Of a stretch of 64,000 bases of DNA, positions 28,823 to 38,554 are shown piece after piece. Below the pieces are notes generated by a model, which was not told the DNA's origin, ran no database searches, and saw only the letters and a program-made list of their open reading frames with translations. Each line of letters begins with the position of its first letter. Position 1 is the first letter of the stretch. Source of the DNA: a virus (lineage: Duplodnaviria > Caudoviricetes); the IMG/VR virus record IMGVR_UViG_3300005582_000006, positions 1 through 64,000 of that record; one strand, 5' to 3'. Both the position numbers and the translations under genes were made by a program.

Positions 28823-31800
28823 ATGAGCTTTGAAAGATTAAAATTTTTAGATTTAACAATAGTAGATTTTAATTCATCTATTGGATGGAATGACACAGAA
28901 TCATCTGTAAACATAAAACTTGCTCCAGAAGATGGAGAAAGCATAGCACCGTATGAGTTAGGAAAAAATTATGAGTTTTCTTTAACTGAAGATTCTGTTT
29001 TTAAATTTAATGGTTTTCTAGATAGAGTTATTGAAAAACATGATACTGGTGGAACTTTTTATGAAGTTAAATTAAATGATGGAAAAGAATTAATCAAAAA
29101 TGTTGAAGTTATAACTAGTAGCTTGTATGGAACTAGCGATACAAAAGAAGACTCTCCAATAATAAATATGTTTAATGTTTTTAGGTGGTGGGAGAGTAAG
29201 GGATTTGGCAAAAGTCAAGCTAATGAAGGGGGGATGCCATACTCAAAACTTGAAGAAGGAATAAATGAACTTTCTAAAAAATATGGAATTATATCTGCTG
29301 GAGTACCATATTCAATAAAGTTAAATTTTGCAACCAGCGTACCAAAATTTTATAGAATAGAAGGTCCGTATATAAACTTAATGGATTTAATATCTAAAAT
29401 TTGTGATGATTTAGGTTTATTGTTTAAGATTACTCTAACAGGCACAGAATTTACAGTTCAAACAACAAGTTTAGGCGTAGATCCAGCCAATCAAAAAGTT
29501 CAAAATGTTATAAAAGATTTAGCAAAAGACAGGAATGTTATTTCTTGGGATGCTGGAATTGAATCTTCCAATAATATTGAATCAAATTTTATGCTTTGGG
29601 GTGGATTAAAAGAGCACAGCATAGTTTTTAACAACGATGTAGATTTAACTCAAATGAATGTTATTGTTGGAACACCAGTAAATTACCCCCAATATTTTTA
29701 TAGTAATGCTGTTGGTCCAAATTCAAGAATAAAGCAATTTTGGGGATATGATATTAATGGAACAGCATACTGGTCATCTGCTCAATACGATGTTGTAAAG
29801 TGTGCATGTCCATATTATAACTATAGATTTAATAGTTTAAGACCATCCGTAGCGAGTCATTCTACTGTAAAGGCAAACGCTTGGGGCATACCTTTAGTTG
29901 GAATGGAATCAATATTTCCGGGTGCTACATATTATGAAATGACAATGGATGAGTTGTTGTTGATAACTGGTGGAAATCAAGACAATTGGTCGTTGTATTT
30001 AGAAATATGGGATGATGCATTTAATAATGATAATATATATACGAGGGTTTTTCTTAGAGCACCGAGAAGAAATATCTCTATGGTTGCTAATTTTATGGCT
30101 GGTGGTGGATCTACAGAATTTACACTAAACAGAGAGTTTTCAGAAAAAGATAACGATATAGGAGTTATTCGTGGGGCACAACTTTTTACTTATTTAAAAT
30201 CAGTAATAGATTCATATTACGGCAAACAATTTTTAGTAGAAGTTAATTATAAGGGCGACCTTAATTATAATACTGTTGATGTTGGACAAAATAAACCAAA
30301 ATCTAAAAGCGATGGTCTTGTAATAAAACAAGTATTGGAAAATTATACAAGTTCAGATAATTTAGATTTAAACATTACACAAAATCAACCTAAAAAAATA
30401 TACAATATTTTACCAACTGATTCTGGATGGATAGATCCAGCAATTCTTGAAGCAAAGACAAATCCCTCTTTGCCTAGAGAAATGTTAAATGCTATGGCAT
30501 TAAATCAAGATGGGAAAATGCAAAATTGGTTGGTTTTTAATTTGCCAAATTCATGGGCAACTCAATTTACATATGATAGTAGTTCTTCAGACACAATTTC
30601 TTATTCAGATAGTGGATCTCAATATTTATGGGTTAAAGCTTCAGTAAACGAACAATATATAACTATTCCAGTAGCAACAACTGGAATAATAAAAACAACA
30701 ATACATTCTGAAGTAGTTGGTTTAGGAACTGTTGGAACATGGGTAAGCAATCAATATATTGGTGTAGACAAAAAAGACTCAGAACATGTATTAGTTTCAA
30801 TAGGCCAATCTGTTGCTGCGTTTAATCAATTAATACACAATCAATTTGGTGTTGATGCACTCATAACATGTTACTTTGGATTGCAATATAGAAATCAAGT
30901 CCTTGGTCAATCTGAAAATTTTAAAACAGGACTTCCTGCACTATACCCATTTCAAGCAATAATTAATTTTAAATCAACAAGAAATGATTTTTATGGTCCT
31001 TGGTATTTTGGAAATACTAATGGTGGAAAAACAAAAATAGAACAAAACAATGATTTAGTTCCTTGGCAGTTTAACGCTTCTGGAACATTAGAGGAAGCTG
31101 CTAAAAATAGATTAAAAGATATAAATCCAGTTCCTTATTTTGAAACTGGATCTTTAAATAAAATTGGTTTACCAGAACATAATCTTGGTGATGAAATAGT
31201 AAAAAATGGTCCAATAGTAACATCAATAAATGCATCATACGGACCATCTGGTGTAACCACACAATATTCATTCAGAACATTTACTCCAAAATTTGGAATG
31301 GCATCAAGATATAACACAGAAAGACTTAAAAAATCTGCTATAAAAGCATATTCTGACAGAAAAAATATATTGTTTGTTTACATGGAATCAATTAAAAAAT
31401 CTCAATCTTTACAGAGATCTTTTGCTGGAGCAAAAATACAAAACTTTATACTAAATTATCTTGGAAGAAGATACGATAGAAATACTCCACATCAAAATTT
31501 AATCATGGCACAAACAATTGATATTATGGCAGACAAGGGTGAAACAATAAGAAGAAAAACTATTGGTGGATCTCATAGTAATATAGAAAGTGGCGGGGCT
31601 ATTGCAATTCAGTCTGGATTATATAATAAAGGTGCTGTTTCTTATGATGGTTTATTTTCACCCTTTAATAATTTTGGCAGTAGATCTCAGTTAAATACAA
31701 ATACATCAATTCCATTCAGTGCTTTTATAAATGCTCCAGAAGGTCTTCCAACAGCATACACATATAATCCGTACAGATATACAGATCCAATAGATGATGA

Positions 31801-32911
31801 TTTAAAATTTCCTGCGGGTAGACCTCCAGCAATACATAGTTTTCAAGGCGATGGTGGCGATGTTTATGATAATTATCATGCTGCCGATATGCTTGAATCA
31901 GCAGGGAATGTGCTTAATGGAAACAAACAAGCATTATATGCATATTCAAGATTTGGACCAAAAAATGTAATTAAATGCCAACCAGTAGGTCTTCGTGGAC
32001 CAATTATGGTTGTTGGATATGGCAATTCATATATGGATTTTGATTTATTAACTGATAGTAATGGAAATTTAATAACAACAAAAAATAGATACAATGAAAA
32101 TGTTTATGTTCCAATACCAAATGTAGTGCCAAGTAAAATTGCTTATGCAACAGGAGAAGGTTTGGCTGGCCCAGTCGATTTAATGTGGGATAAATATAGA
32201 GGTGTTTGGACTTCTCATGATATAGTAACTGGTTTTGCTGCATCAAACATGCGACCATTTGATGATGGTTACATATATATAAACATGTCTGGAGTTAAAA
32301 CAAATAGAACATTATTTATTAAAAACTTTTCAACAAAAAAGATATATGCTGGTCAATCTGTAGTGGCTTGTTATTCAGTTAATGATGCAAGATGGATAGT
32401 TAGAGGGGAACAAATAAAAATAAAATTTGATGGTCAAGCATCAGATTGCCCTTCTCCAAATACTCCAACACAACAATATTCTGATTTTATAGTACCACTT
32501 ATGCAAGATGAGTGTGAACCAACAGAAGGAATGTTTTATGTTAACACAAATGGGGCTACTGGTACATATGCAGGACTTTCATTTAGAAATGGTTTACTTA
32601 AAGGAGCAAGTCCAACACCACCATCACCACCATCACCGCCATGCACAGAATCCGTAGAAGTTGTTTCTGGTGTAACTTGTGGTTCAGATGGATCTATAAC
32701 TGTTAGTAAAACCACTATTAGTTTGCCATGTGGTAGTACAACAGCAACAACAACAACACCAAGTCCTTACTACTTAAATGAAATTTCTGATCCAATAGCT
32801 TTTACTAAATGCTATGGATGTAGTCAAACTATGGGTCGTGTTTATTCAACCCATGTTAACCAAGCGAATTGTCTTTTTGCATTATCACTTATTCAAAACC
32901 CTAACTGTTAA
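28823..32911 (+). CDS. Putative baseplate hub/central tail-tip protein with Cys/Pro/Thr-rich C-terminus
   Basis: 1362 aa; hub-like N-terminus (FNGFLDRV...YEVKLND); position in the tail-tip module. Confidence 0.55.
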   Translation: MSFERLKFLDLTIVDFNSSIGWNDTESSVNIKLAPEDGESIAPYELGKNYEFSLTEDSVFKFNGFLDRVIEKHDTGGTFYEVKLNDGKELIKNVEVITSSLYGTSDTKEDSPIINMFNVFRWWESKGFGKSQANEGGMPYSKLEEGINELSKKYGIISAGVPYSIKLNFATSVPKFYRIEGPYINLMDLISKICDDLGLLFKITLTGTEFTVQTTSLGVDPANQKVQNVIKDLAKDRNVISWDAGIESSNNIESNFMLWGGLKEHSIVFNNDVDLTQMNVIVGTPVNYPQYFYSNAVGPNSRIKQFWGYDINGTAYWSSAQYDVVKCACPYYNYRFNSLRPSVASHSTVKANAWGIPLVGMESIFPGATYYEMTMDELLLITGGNQDNWSLYLEIWDDAFNNDNIYTRVFLRAPRRNISMVANFMAGGGSTEFTLNREFSEKDNDIGVIRGAQLFTYLKSVIDSYYGKQFLVEVNYKGDLNYNTVDVGQNKPKSKSDGLVIKQVLENYTSSDNLDLNITQNQPKKIYNILPTDSGWIDPAILEAKTNPSLPREMLNAMALNQDGKMQNWLVFNLPNSWATQFTYDSSSSDTISYSDSGSQYLWVKASVNEQYITIPVATTGIIKTTIHSEVVGLGTVGTWVSNQYIGVDKKDSEHVLVSIGQSVAAFNQLIHNQFGVDALITCYFGLQYRNQVLGQSENFKTGLPALYPFQAIINFKSTRNDFYGPWYFGNTNGGKTKIEQNNDLVPWQFNASGTLEEAAKNRLKDINPVPYFETGSLNKIGLPEHNLGDEIVKNGPIVTSINASYGPSGVTTQYSFRTFTPKFGMASRYNTERLKKSAIKAYSDRKNILFVYMESIKKSQSLQRSFAGAKIQNFILNYLGRRYDRNTPHQNLIMAQTIDIMADKGETIRRKTIGGSHSNIESGGAIAIQSGLYNKGAVSYDGLFSPFNNFGSRSQLNTNTSIPFSAFINAPEGLPTAYTYNPYRYTDPIDDDLKFPAGRPPAIHSFQGDGGDVYDNYHAADMLESAGNVLNGNKQALYAYSRFGPKNVIKCQPVGLRGPIMVVGYGNSYMDFDLLTDSNGNLITTKNRYNENVYVPIPNVVPSKIAYATGEGLAGPVDLMWDKYRGVWTSHDIVTGFAASNMRPFDDGYIYINMSGVKTNRTLFIKNFSTKKIYAGQSVVACYSVNDARWIVRGEQIKIKFDGQASDCPSPNTPTQQYSDFIVPLMQDECEPTEGMFYVNTNGATGTYAGLSFRNGLLKGASPTPPSPPSPPCTESVEVVSGVTCGSDGSITVSKTTISLPCGSTTATTTTPSPYYLNEISDPIAFTKCYGCSQTMGRVYSTHVNQANCLFALSLIQNPNC

Positions 32912-32931
32912 TGATTATTTTAGGATAAAAA

Positions 32932-34812
32932 ATGGATAGTAAAAAAGAAGTTTATTTTGATTCAAATGTTATTAATCCATACACATTTCATACTCCATGC
33001 ACAACATCATATAGTCCTAGTATTGGAAATATTTTTGGTTGTTGTTCTAATAATTTTACTTTAAATGGTCGATTATATGAGTTTGAAAGTTGCAATATTG
33101 GAAATCAAAACAGCACATACATAACAGCACCAGATTGTATTGATGATCTAGTTCAAGATAATTGTGGGGGCACTATTTTTGATGGTTGTTTTTCTATGAG
33201 GGGCATTGGCCCATTTTGTAATACTGGAGAGATAGTATATGGCACAGATTGTTGTAGATTAGTTAACGGAACAACTACAACTGCAAGTCCAACAACTACA
33301 ACTGCAAGTCCAACAACTACAACTGGAAGCCCGACAACTACAACTGGAACCCCATGTGATTGCTGTAGTGACTACTGTTATTTAATTAAATATTGTGGAA
33401 CGCCAACAAGTACGACCACTAGTGGTTGCTGCAATCAATATGTTTGTTCTGGTGGCATTAGAATGTTTTTATCTCAGAGTAGTAGCAACGATAGTATTAT
33501 TTGTGTACAACCTCAGATACAAATGGGATGCATTTCTGATTGTGGCCACACAAATGTAAGTGGCATAACAGATCCAGCTTATGTTGCTATTATTCTTGCT
33601 ATGTGTGAAGGAGCAATAATCTATGAGTATCAAGATGCTCCATGCTTAACATCTCCAAGTCCTACGCCCACTCCTAGCTCTACCACCACATGTCCAGAAT
33701 GCTATAAGTGCAGTAAAAATGCTGCACAGGGAGAAGAAATAGTAGAGACATTTAGGGGTATAGGTCCATGTGAATCATGTTCTGGTGTTTTAGAATCTTA
33801 TAATGAAAATTGTTCAACTACAACTTCTACGAGTACCAGTACATCGACATCGACATCTACAAGTATGCCACCAAGTTGTCCTCCTGGATATGTATCTTGT
33901 GGACAAGCTGGAGGTCTTTTTAGAGTAAGTTCAGACTGTGAATGGTCATTCGTTAACAGTGATGGTTGTCCAACAGATTGCACAGCATTTTTAGGTATCC
34001 CCGAACAAGTTGATGACTGTGAAGGTTTTCCACCAGGAACAGATAGAGCAGGAATATGCTGCCAAGCTATTACACCTACAACTACTACTTCTTGTCCATG
34101 TCATTTAGGTCTACCTAGAGCAGCAAATAATCTAGTATGCAGAGATGGAATACTACAATATCTTAGTTACGCTTGTTCTTATCCTTGTGTACCATCACCT
34201 AGAGATGGCTGGTCTGGTCCTGGCGGTGCATGTACAGACCCATTATATACTGAATTTACAGTTCATGATTGTAATTGTCCACCTACGAGTACCACTACAT
34301 CGACTTCGACATCTACCTCTACGAGTACCAGTACATCAACAAGCACTTCGACTTCGACAAGTACCTCTACTTCTACTAGTATGTCGCCAAGTTGTCCTTC
34401 GGGATATGTGTCTTGCGGACAAGCTGGAGGTCTTTTTAGAGTAAGTTCAGACTGTGAATGGTCGCTTATTAACAGCGATGGCTGTTTAGAAGGTTGTACA
34501 GCATTTTTAGGTATTCCCGAACAAATAGATGACTGTGTGTATGGAACAGAGAGAGCAGGAATATGCTGTCAAATTGGTACATCGACCTCTACCTCTACGA
34601 GTACATCAGAAACCCCAACCAGCACAACCCCAAATTGTTCGTCACAAGAATGCGGTTACTACAAAGATGTTTATAGTGTTGGTGCTCAAGGCGAGATTGT
34701 TTATAAATATTTACAAGATTTATTCTGTAATTCGACTTCATGTATTTGTCCAGATGCACCAGATAATCCTGGCGAATCTGCACCTATTCACATAACATTT
34801 ACTTGTGTATAA
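32932..34812 (+). CDS. Cys-rich modular protein with Thr/Ser linkers (putative fibre/adhesin)
   Basis: 59 Cys in 626 aa by manual count, arranged in modules separated by TTTTASP and (TS)n tracts. Confidence 0.75.
   Translation: MDSKKEVYFDSNVINPYTFHTPCTTSYSPSIGNIFGCCSNNFTLNGRLYEFESCNIGNQNSTYITAPDCIDDLVQDNCGGTIFDGCFSMRGIGPFCNTGEIVYGTDCCRLVNGTTTTASPTTTTASPTTTTGSPTTTTGTPCDCCSDYCYLIKYCGTPTSTTTSGCCNQYVCSGGIRMFLSQSSSNDSIICVQPQIQMGCISDCGHTNVSGITDPAYVAIILAMCEGAIIYEYQDAPCLTSPSPTPTPSSTTTCPECYKCSKNAAQGEEIVETFRGIGPCESCSGVLESYNENCSTTTSTSTSTSTSTSTSMPPSCPPGYVSCGQAGGLFRVSSDCEWSFVNSDGCPTDCTAFLGIPEQVDDCEGFPPGTDRAGICCQAITPTTTTSCPCHLGLPRAANNLVCRDGILQYLSYACSYPCVPSPRDGWSGPGGACTDPLYTEFTVHDCNCPPTSTTTSTSTSTSTSTSTSTSTSTSTSTSTSTSMSPSCPSGYVSCGQAGGLFRVSSDCEWSLINSDGCLEGCTAFLGIPEQIDDCVYGTERAGICCQIGTSTSTSTSTSETPTSTTPNCSSQECGYYKDVYSVGAQGEIVYKYLQDLFCNSTSCICPDAPDNPGESAPIHITFTCV
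33271..33354 (+). repeat. 21-nt tandem coding repeat (TTTT[A/G][S/T]P x4)
   Basis: acaactacaactgcaagtcca and variants. Confidence 0.85.
33862..34572 (+). repeat. Internal ~200-nt direct repeat (33862-34065 and 34378-34572) encoding a duplicated 8-Cys module
   Basis: GYVSCGQAGGLFRVSSDCEWS...CTAFLGIPEQ...RAGICCQ occurs twice. Confidence 0.9.
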
Positions 34813-34819
34813 TGTTTAG

Positions 34820-34835
34820 CGGTGTATATAACTAT
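34820..34835 (+). promoter_or_regulatory. Putative late promoter
   Basis: CGGTGTATATAACTAT in the intergenic gap before SD AGGAG; TTGTGTATAAT also lies at 34803. Confidence 0.5.
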
Positions 34836-34852
34836 ATATTAGGAGAAAAATC

Positions 34853-35467
34853 ATGGCTATATTTGCTTTTTATTCAGCAGGAAACGACATAGGTTCAAGT
34901 GGCGTGGGCTTTTTTGGAAGCTCTGGATTTGGTTCTTCCGTTTCCGTAGGAAACTATCAAGATTCTAGCTATATAACTAACAGTAATGGCACAATTGCTG
35001 GTGCTGCAATAAACAACATTAAATATTCTCATCCAAATTCTGGAATAGTTAATAGTATTGGATCTCCAAGCGGTCTAAATCTTCGAGCAATAACCAATGC
35101 TCAAGCTAGTTTAAATGTGCGTTTTACCCATACTAGCCCAGTGTCTACACAAAATGTAAAACTAAGAATCTATGATAGATCAAACATTAATAATGCAGCT
35201 AGTGGTGTTACTACTAAAGTTGCAGAAATTATTCATCCTAGCTTAACTAATGTTTTAGATGGTTCTGGATCTGCTTCTTGGCAAACGCCAGCAGGATCTG
35301 GAACAATTGTATCATTAGCTAATTCGCCTGGAATATCAGGCTTAAGTCCAAGCGGAAGCGGAACAGTAGCAGATAGGCATGATTGGTTTCTTGCTTTATC
35401 TGCATCTCCAGACTCAATTGGTTCAAAGACCCAATATGCTATGTGGGTCGAACTTGAATATCTCTAA
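34853..35467 (+). CDS. Gly/Ser-rich virion structural protein
   Basis: SD AGGAG; beta-rich; last gene of the + block. Confidence 0.65.
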   Translation: MAIFAFYSAGNDIGSSGVGFFGSSGFGSSVSVGNYQDSSYITNSNGTIAGAAINNIKYSHPNSGIVNSIGSPSGLNLRAITNAQASLNVRFTHTSPVSTQNVKLRIYDRSNINNAASGVTTKVAEIIHPSLTNVLDGSGSASWQTPAGSGTIVSLANSPGISGLSPSGSGTVADRHDWFLALSASPDSIGSKTQYAMWVELEYL

Positions 35468-35597
35468 GCTTAAGTTCTTCTTTAATTAATTTAGAAATCT
35501 CCTTTGACCATTCGGTATCATATCCGTCTAGCCAAAGGAGTTCTTTTTTAAGCTCTTCAGTTTTTAAAGAACTAACATCAATACCAACATCACTCAT
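35439..35597 (-). CDS. Small hypothetical protein (52 aa, MSDVGIDV...)
   Basis: ATG at 35597 overlaps the end of the upstream gene; the longer 35771 start lies inside another CDS. Confidence 0.45.
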   Translation of the reverse strand: MSDVGIDVSSLKTEELKKELLWLDGYDTEWSKEISKLIKEELKLRDIQVRPT

Positions 35598-35958
35598 CTT
35601 TGTTTTCGCCTCGATATTTGCTCCAACCATTATGTGGACCATAAGAACCAGCTTCACGATCAGGCTTGCCATTAGCATCAAGCTTGCGTACTGGGAAAAT
35701 CCCACCGCCATCTTGTCGCTGCCCATAAGACAACCTTGCCCTACATTTTGAGTTAGTGCAACCCATTTCAAAATATTCGTAGACTTTCTTGTTCTTTTCT
35801 ACGGATCGTGTTTTTGGCATAATTGCGGTATTGCCACACAATCCACACTTTTCTTCATTAAAGATTTCGGAGATGCCTCCTACTTCTCTAAACACATCTT
35901 TAACAGAGTCACAATCAATTTCAATTGTGCAGAACTTTGTTGGGATAATAGCTTTCAT
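35590..35958 (-). CDS. Zn-binding hypothetical protein
   Basis: CGLC and CTNSKC motifs; SD GGAGG. Confidence 0.7.
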   Translation of the reverse strand: MKAIIPTKFCTIEIDCDSVKDVFREVGGISEIFNEEKCGLCGNTAIMPKTRSVEKNKKVYEYFEMGCTNSKCRARLSYGQRQDGGGIFPVRKLDANGKPDREAGSYGPHNGWSKYRGENKDE

Positions 35959-35960
35959 AA

Positions 35961-36626
35961 TTACTTCCTCCAGTTAGAGTTATAGCCCTTGAACTTAACA
36001 TTAATAGACGCTTGATTTCTTTGCATTTCAGACAAATGTGATATTACAGCAACTGCTGACTTGTATGGAATTTCTTCAAGCTTTCCATTAAAGTTAAAAT
36101 CCTTTGCTGCACCCAAATAAGCTGCTACATTGATATCATTTCTTTGGCAGAGAGTTTCTATGAAATTCATCTGCGTAGGAGTTATCTTACCATTAACCCC
36201 AGTTTCTTCAAGAGGAACTAGCCCCGCTTCTTCAGCAGCGATTACTTTGCGTAATTTGAGCAGTTTCCTTAATGCTCGACCTTCAGCCCTAGTTTCAGCT
36301 ATTGCAGAAGAATATACGGCAAATCGGTGGTCACAATTGCCAGGATAGCAATCAGCTACACTTTGTTGCGATACCACCTCTTCTCCAATACGAACTGTAA
36401 CTTCATATTCAACAACACATCTATTGTCATTCTGAGGCGTTGGTGATTGTACAACTTTGGCATTTCCATCAATAATTGGCCCAAGAAGTAGTTCGGTAAC
36501 TCTCCTTAAACCATCTACTGTTGGATTTCCATCAGCTAGTTCATCTGGACCAAAATGAGATAGGACATACTCATTCCAATCTCTACTAGTCCTAAGAGGA
36601 ATTTCATTCTCTTCTTCATCTAACAT
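35961..36626 (-). CDS. Rad52/Sak-like single-strand annealing protein
   Basis: Beta-beta-beta-alpha pattern VVEYEVTV...SVADC...AIAETRAEGRALRKLL. Confidence 0.6.
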   Translation of the reverse strand: MLDEEENEIPLRTSRDWNEYVLSHFGPDELADGNPTVDGLRRVTELLLGPIIDGNAKVVQSPTPQNDNRCVVEYEVTVRIGEEVVSQQSVADCYPGNCDHRFAVYSSAIAETRAEGRALRKLLKLRKVIAAEEAGLVPLEETGVNGKITPTQMNFIETLCQRNDINVAAYLGAAKDFNFNGKLEEIPYKSAVAVISHLSEMQRNQASINVKFKGYNSNWRK

Positions 36627-36629
36627 TAA

Positions 36630-37394
36630 TTACTCCAGTTCAAAAAAACATTCCTTCGTACCATTCTTAACTAAGTCTATTGTATGCAAAAGTTTTTTCA
36701 AGATCGTTCTCATATAAAATCCAGAACTATTTCCATCTATGTTTTTTACACGAATCATTTTCATTCCAGCATTTATTATAAATCCAGTTTTTTTATTATC
36801 ACTAGCCACTTGTTTTTTATGTATATCCTCACCCCAAATAGACCTAAAATGACTTGGTCCATCTATTTCTATTGCCAAATTAAGATCAGAAATAAATATA
36901 TCTATATGTTGTTTTCTGTCAATAGCCCAAAACTCTTTATGAAAGTCTGCTTTAAAACCTTCTTTTTTCAGTCCAGTAATCAAGAACTTTTCTAGTTTAG
37001 ATCCATATACTGCTGCTGCCCTAACTGATATTGCTGCTGCCTTTTGCATTTCTTCTACTTTTTGCACAGACTTAGCTTCCCACTGCTGTCTAGACATTTC
37101 AGCCCTTCTCTTCTTTTCATCCTCACCCATTTCTTGCCATACATTAGCAATAGAGTCACTTATCTTATTCTTTGTAGCTTCTGATGTTTTCTTGCCTTTT
37201 GTGGGGTGTTTACACCTACCAGTTTCTATAGCTTTTTCTTGTGCTTGAGATTTATCCCTGAGTGGTATGCCAAATTCTACTAAAGCCCTTCTAACCTTAT
37301 TAGGATATGTACCAAATTCTTCTGCTATTTGATATGTAGATTTAACTTGTTGTACATAATGCTCAATTAAGTATTCATGCGTTAACTGGTTCAT
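36630..37394 (-). CDS. Putative free-standing homing endonuclease (HTH + NUMOD3-like + Vsr/DUF559-like nuclease)
   Basis: STYQIAEEFG (HTH); KGKKTSEATKNKIS (NUMOD3-like); IDIFISDLNLAIEIDGPSH. Confidence 0.65.
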   Translation of the reverse strand: MNQLTHEYLIEHYVQQVKSTYQIAEEFGTYPNKVRRALVEFGIPLRDKSQAQEKAIETGRCKHPTKGKKTSEATKNKISDSIANVWQEMGEDEKKRRAEMSRQQWEAKSVQKVEEMQKAAAISVRAAAVYGSKLEKFLITGLKKEGFKADFHKEFWAIDRKQHIDIFISDLNLAIEIDGPSHFRSIWGEDIHKKQVASDNKKTGFIINAGMKMIRVKNIDGNSSGFYMRTILKKLLHTIDLVKNGTKECFFELE

Positions 37395-37848
37395 TCTTAT
37401 CGCTCCTAAATATTTCGCTTAATTTAAAGTCTTCAACCACTAAACATTTTTTATTCCACGCCTGTTCAATAGCTAATGCATGTCTATCGCTTCTAGCAAC
37501 TAATTTAATTTTACTATTACTATATATTTGCTGAATGTCTTCATAATCAAAAGATTGCAATCTCATCCACTCTAAATCCCAAACATAAAAATAAAAACTT
37601 TTTACAGATGGGTTTTTTAAGATAAGCTTGCATGAGTCTATATCTGTAGCAACAATGTTCTTACCTTTATAATTCCAAAAATCATACATCATAAAAATAG
37701 AAAATCCATTGTTTGCATTAATAGTGTAGTCATTTTGAGAAAATACAACTAAATCATTATCGTGTGACTGTTTAGTCAAAAGATATGAAAGCTGACTAAA
37801 CCTTATTTTATTTACAACAATTGCTATTTCCACTGAATAGTTCCTCAT
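37375..37848 (-). CDS. Hypothetical protein, possible glycosyltransferase N-terminal fragment
   Basis: IVATD...YFYVWDLEW...LVARS resembles GT-B (WsaF-like) N-lobes; lies within the glyco cluster. Confidence 0.45.
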   Translation of the reverse strand: MRNYSVEIAIVVNKIRFSQLSYLLTKQSHDNDLVVFSQNDYTINANNGFSIFMMYDFWNYKGKNIVATDIDSCKLILKNPSVKSFYFYVWDLEWMRLQSFDYEDIQQIYSNSKIKLVARSDRHALAIEQAWNKKCLVVEDFKLSEIFRSDKNEPVNA

Positions 37849-38554
37849 GAATTATGCCAGTTAAATCTAAACTACTATTTATTTGAACATGGTCTTTCAT
37901 TATTGACTTTATTGAATCTTGATTTTCTGGTTTTACAAATAGCAACATTAAAGAACCATCCATTTTGCCACCTATTGCACCATTTAACCTACAGTCAGAA
38001 TAAAGTTTTTCTATGTATGCATTTTTAGATGCTGGATCAACATCTCTTTTTATTTTCCAGTAAGCGTTTATTAATTGGCCTAAAAATATCCAGTTTTTTT
38101 CTTGGTATGCATCATAAAAATCAGCAACCATCTTTTCAAGATTGTCCATTTTATGAAATGATTTTGCTATAGACTTATCGTATTCAAAAAAATCTTTGTT
38201 TATTTCGTAAAGCATAATGTGATCAAAAAATTCTTTTTCATAATTAAGCTTTATTGAAAACCAAAGATGATCTGAAATTGTTAAATAGTTCAACCCACCA
38301 AATACAGCAGATTGAATTTTAGCAAAGTCATCATTGGGGTAAAGATCTTTTATAATTATGTTTTTTTCAAAATGATTATTCATGTATATATAATTTAATA
38401 CTTTTAATGTTGAATCACATAGAGCTTGTGTTTCAATTATTGTACTAAAATTAATAGATGTCCAAAAATTACATGATGCAAAACTAATTACTTTATTAGT
38501 ATGATCACCAATTATAGTTATTGGTTTTGGGATTCTAAATGCTAGCATAACCAC
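37808..38554 (-). CDS. Degenerate GHMP-family sugar kinase (HddA-like)
   Basis: C-terminal LGQLINAYWKIKR...IEKLYSDCRLNGAIGGKM matches the GHMP C-domain; the Gly-rich motifs are eroded. Confidence 0.55.
   Translation of the reverse strand: MVMLAFRIPKPITIIGDHTNKVISFASCNFWTSINFSTIIETQALCDSTLKVLNYIYMNNHFEKNIIIKDLYPNDDFAKIQSAVFGGLNYLTISDHLWFSIKLNYEKEFFDHIMLYEINKDFFEYDKSIAKSFHKMDNLEKMVADFYDAYQEKNWIFLGQLINAYWKIKRDVDPASKNAYIEKLYSDCRLNGAIGGKMDGSLMLLFVKPENQDSIKSIMKDHVQINSSLDLTGIIHEELFSGNSNCCK

Noticed and set aside
33862-34572. Possible diversity-generating retroelement TR/VR pair
   Set aside because: Both copies are in-frame in one gene, the differences are not adenine-specific (many are synonymous C/T changes), and no reverse transcriptase is in the window.
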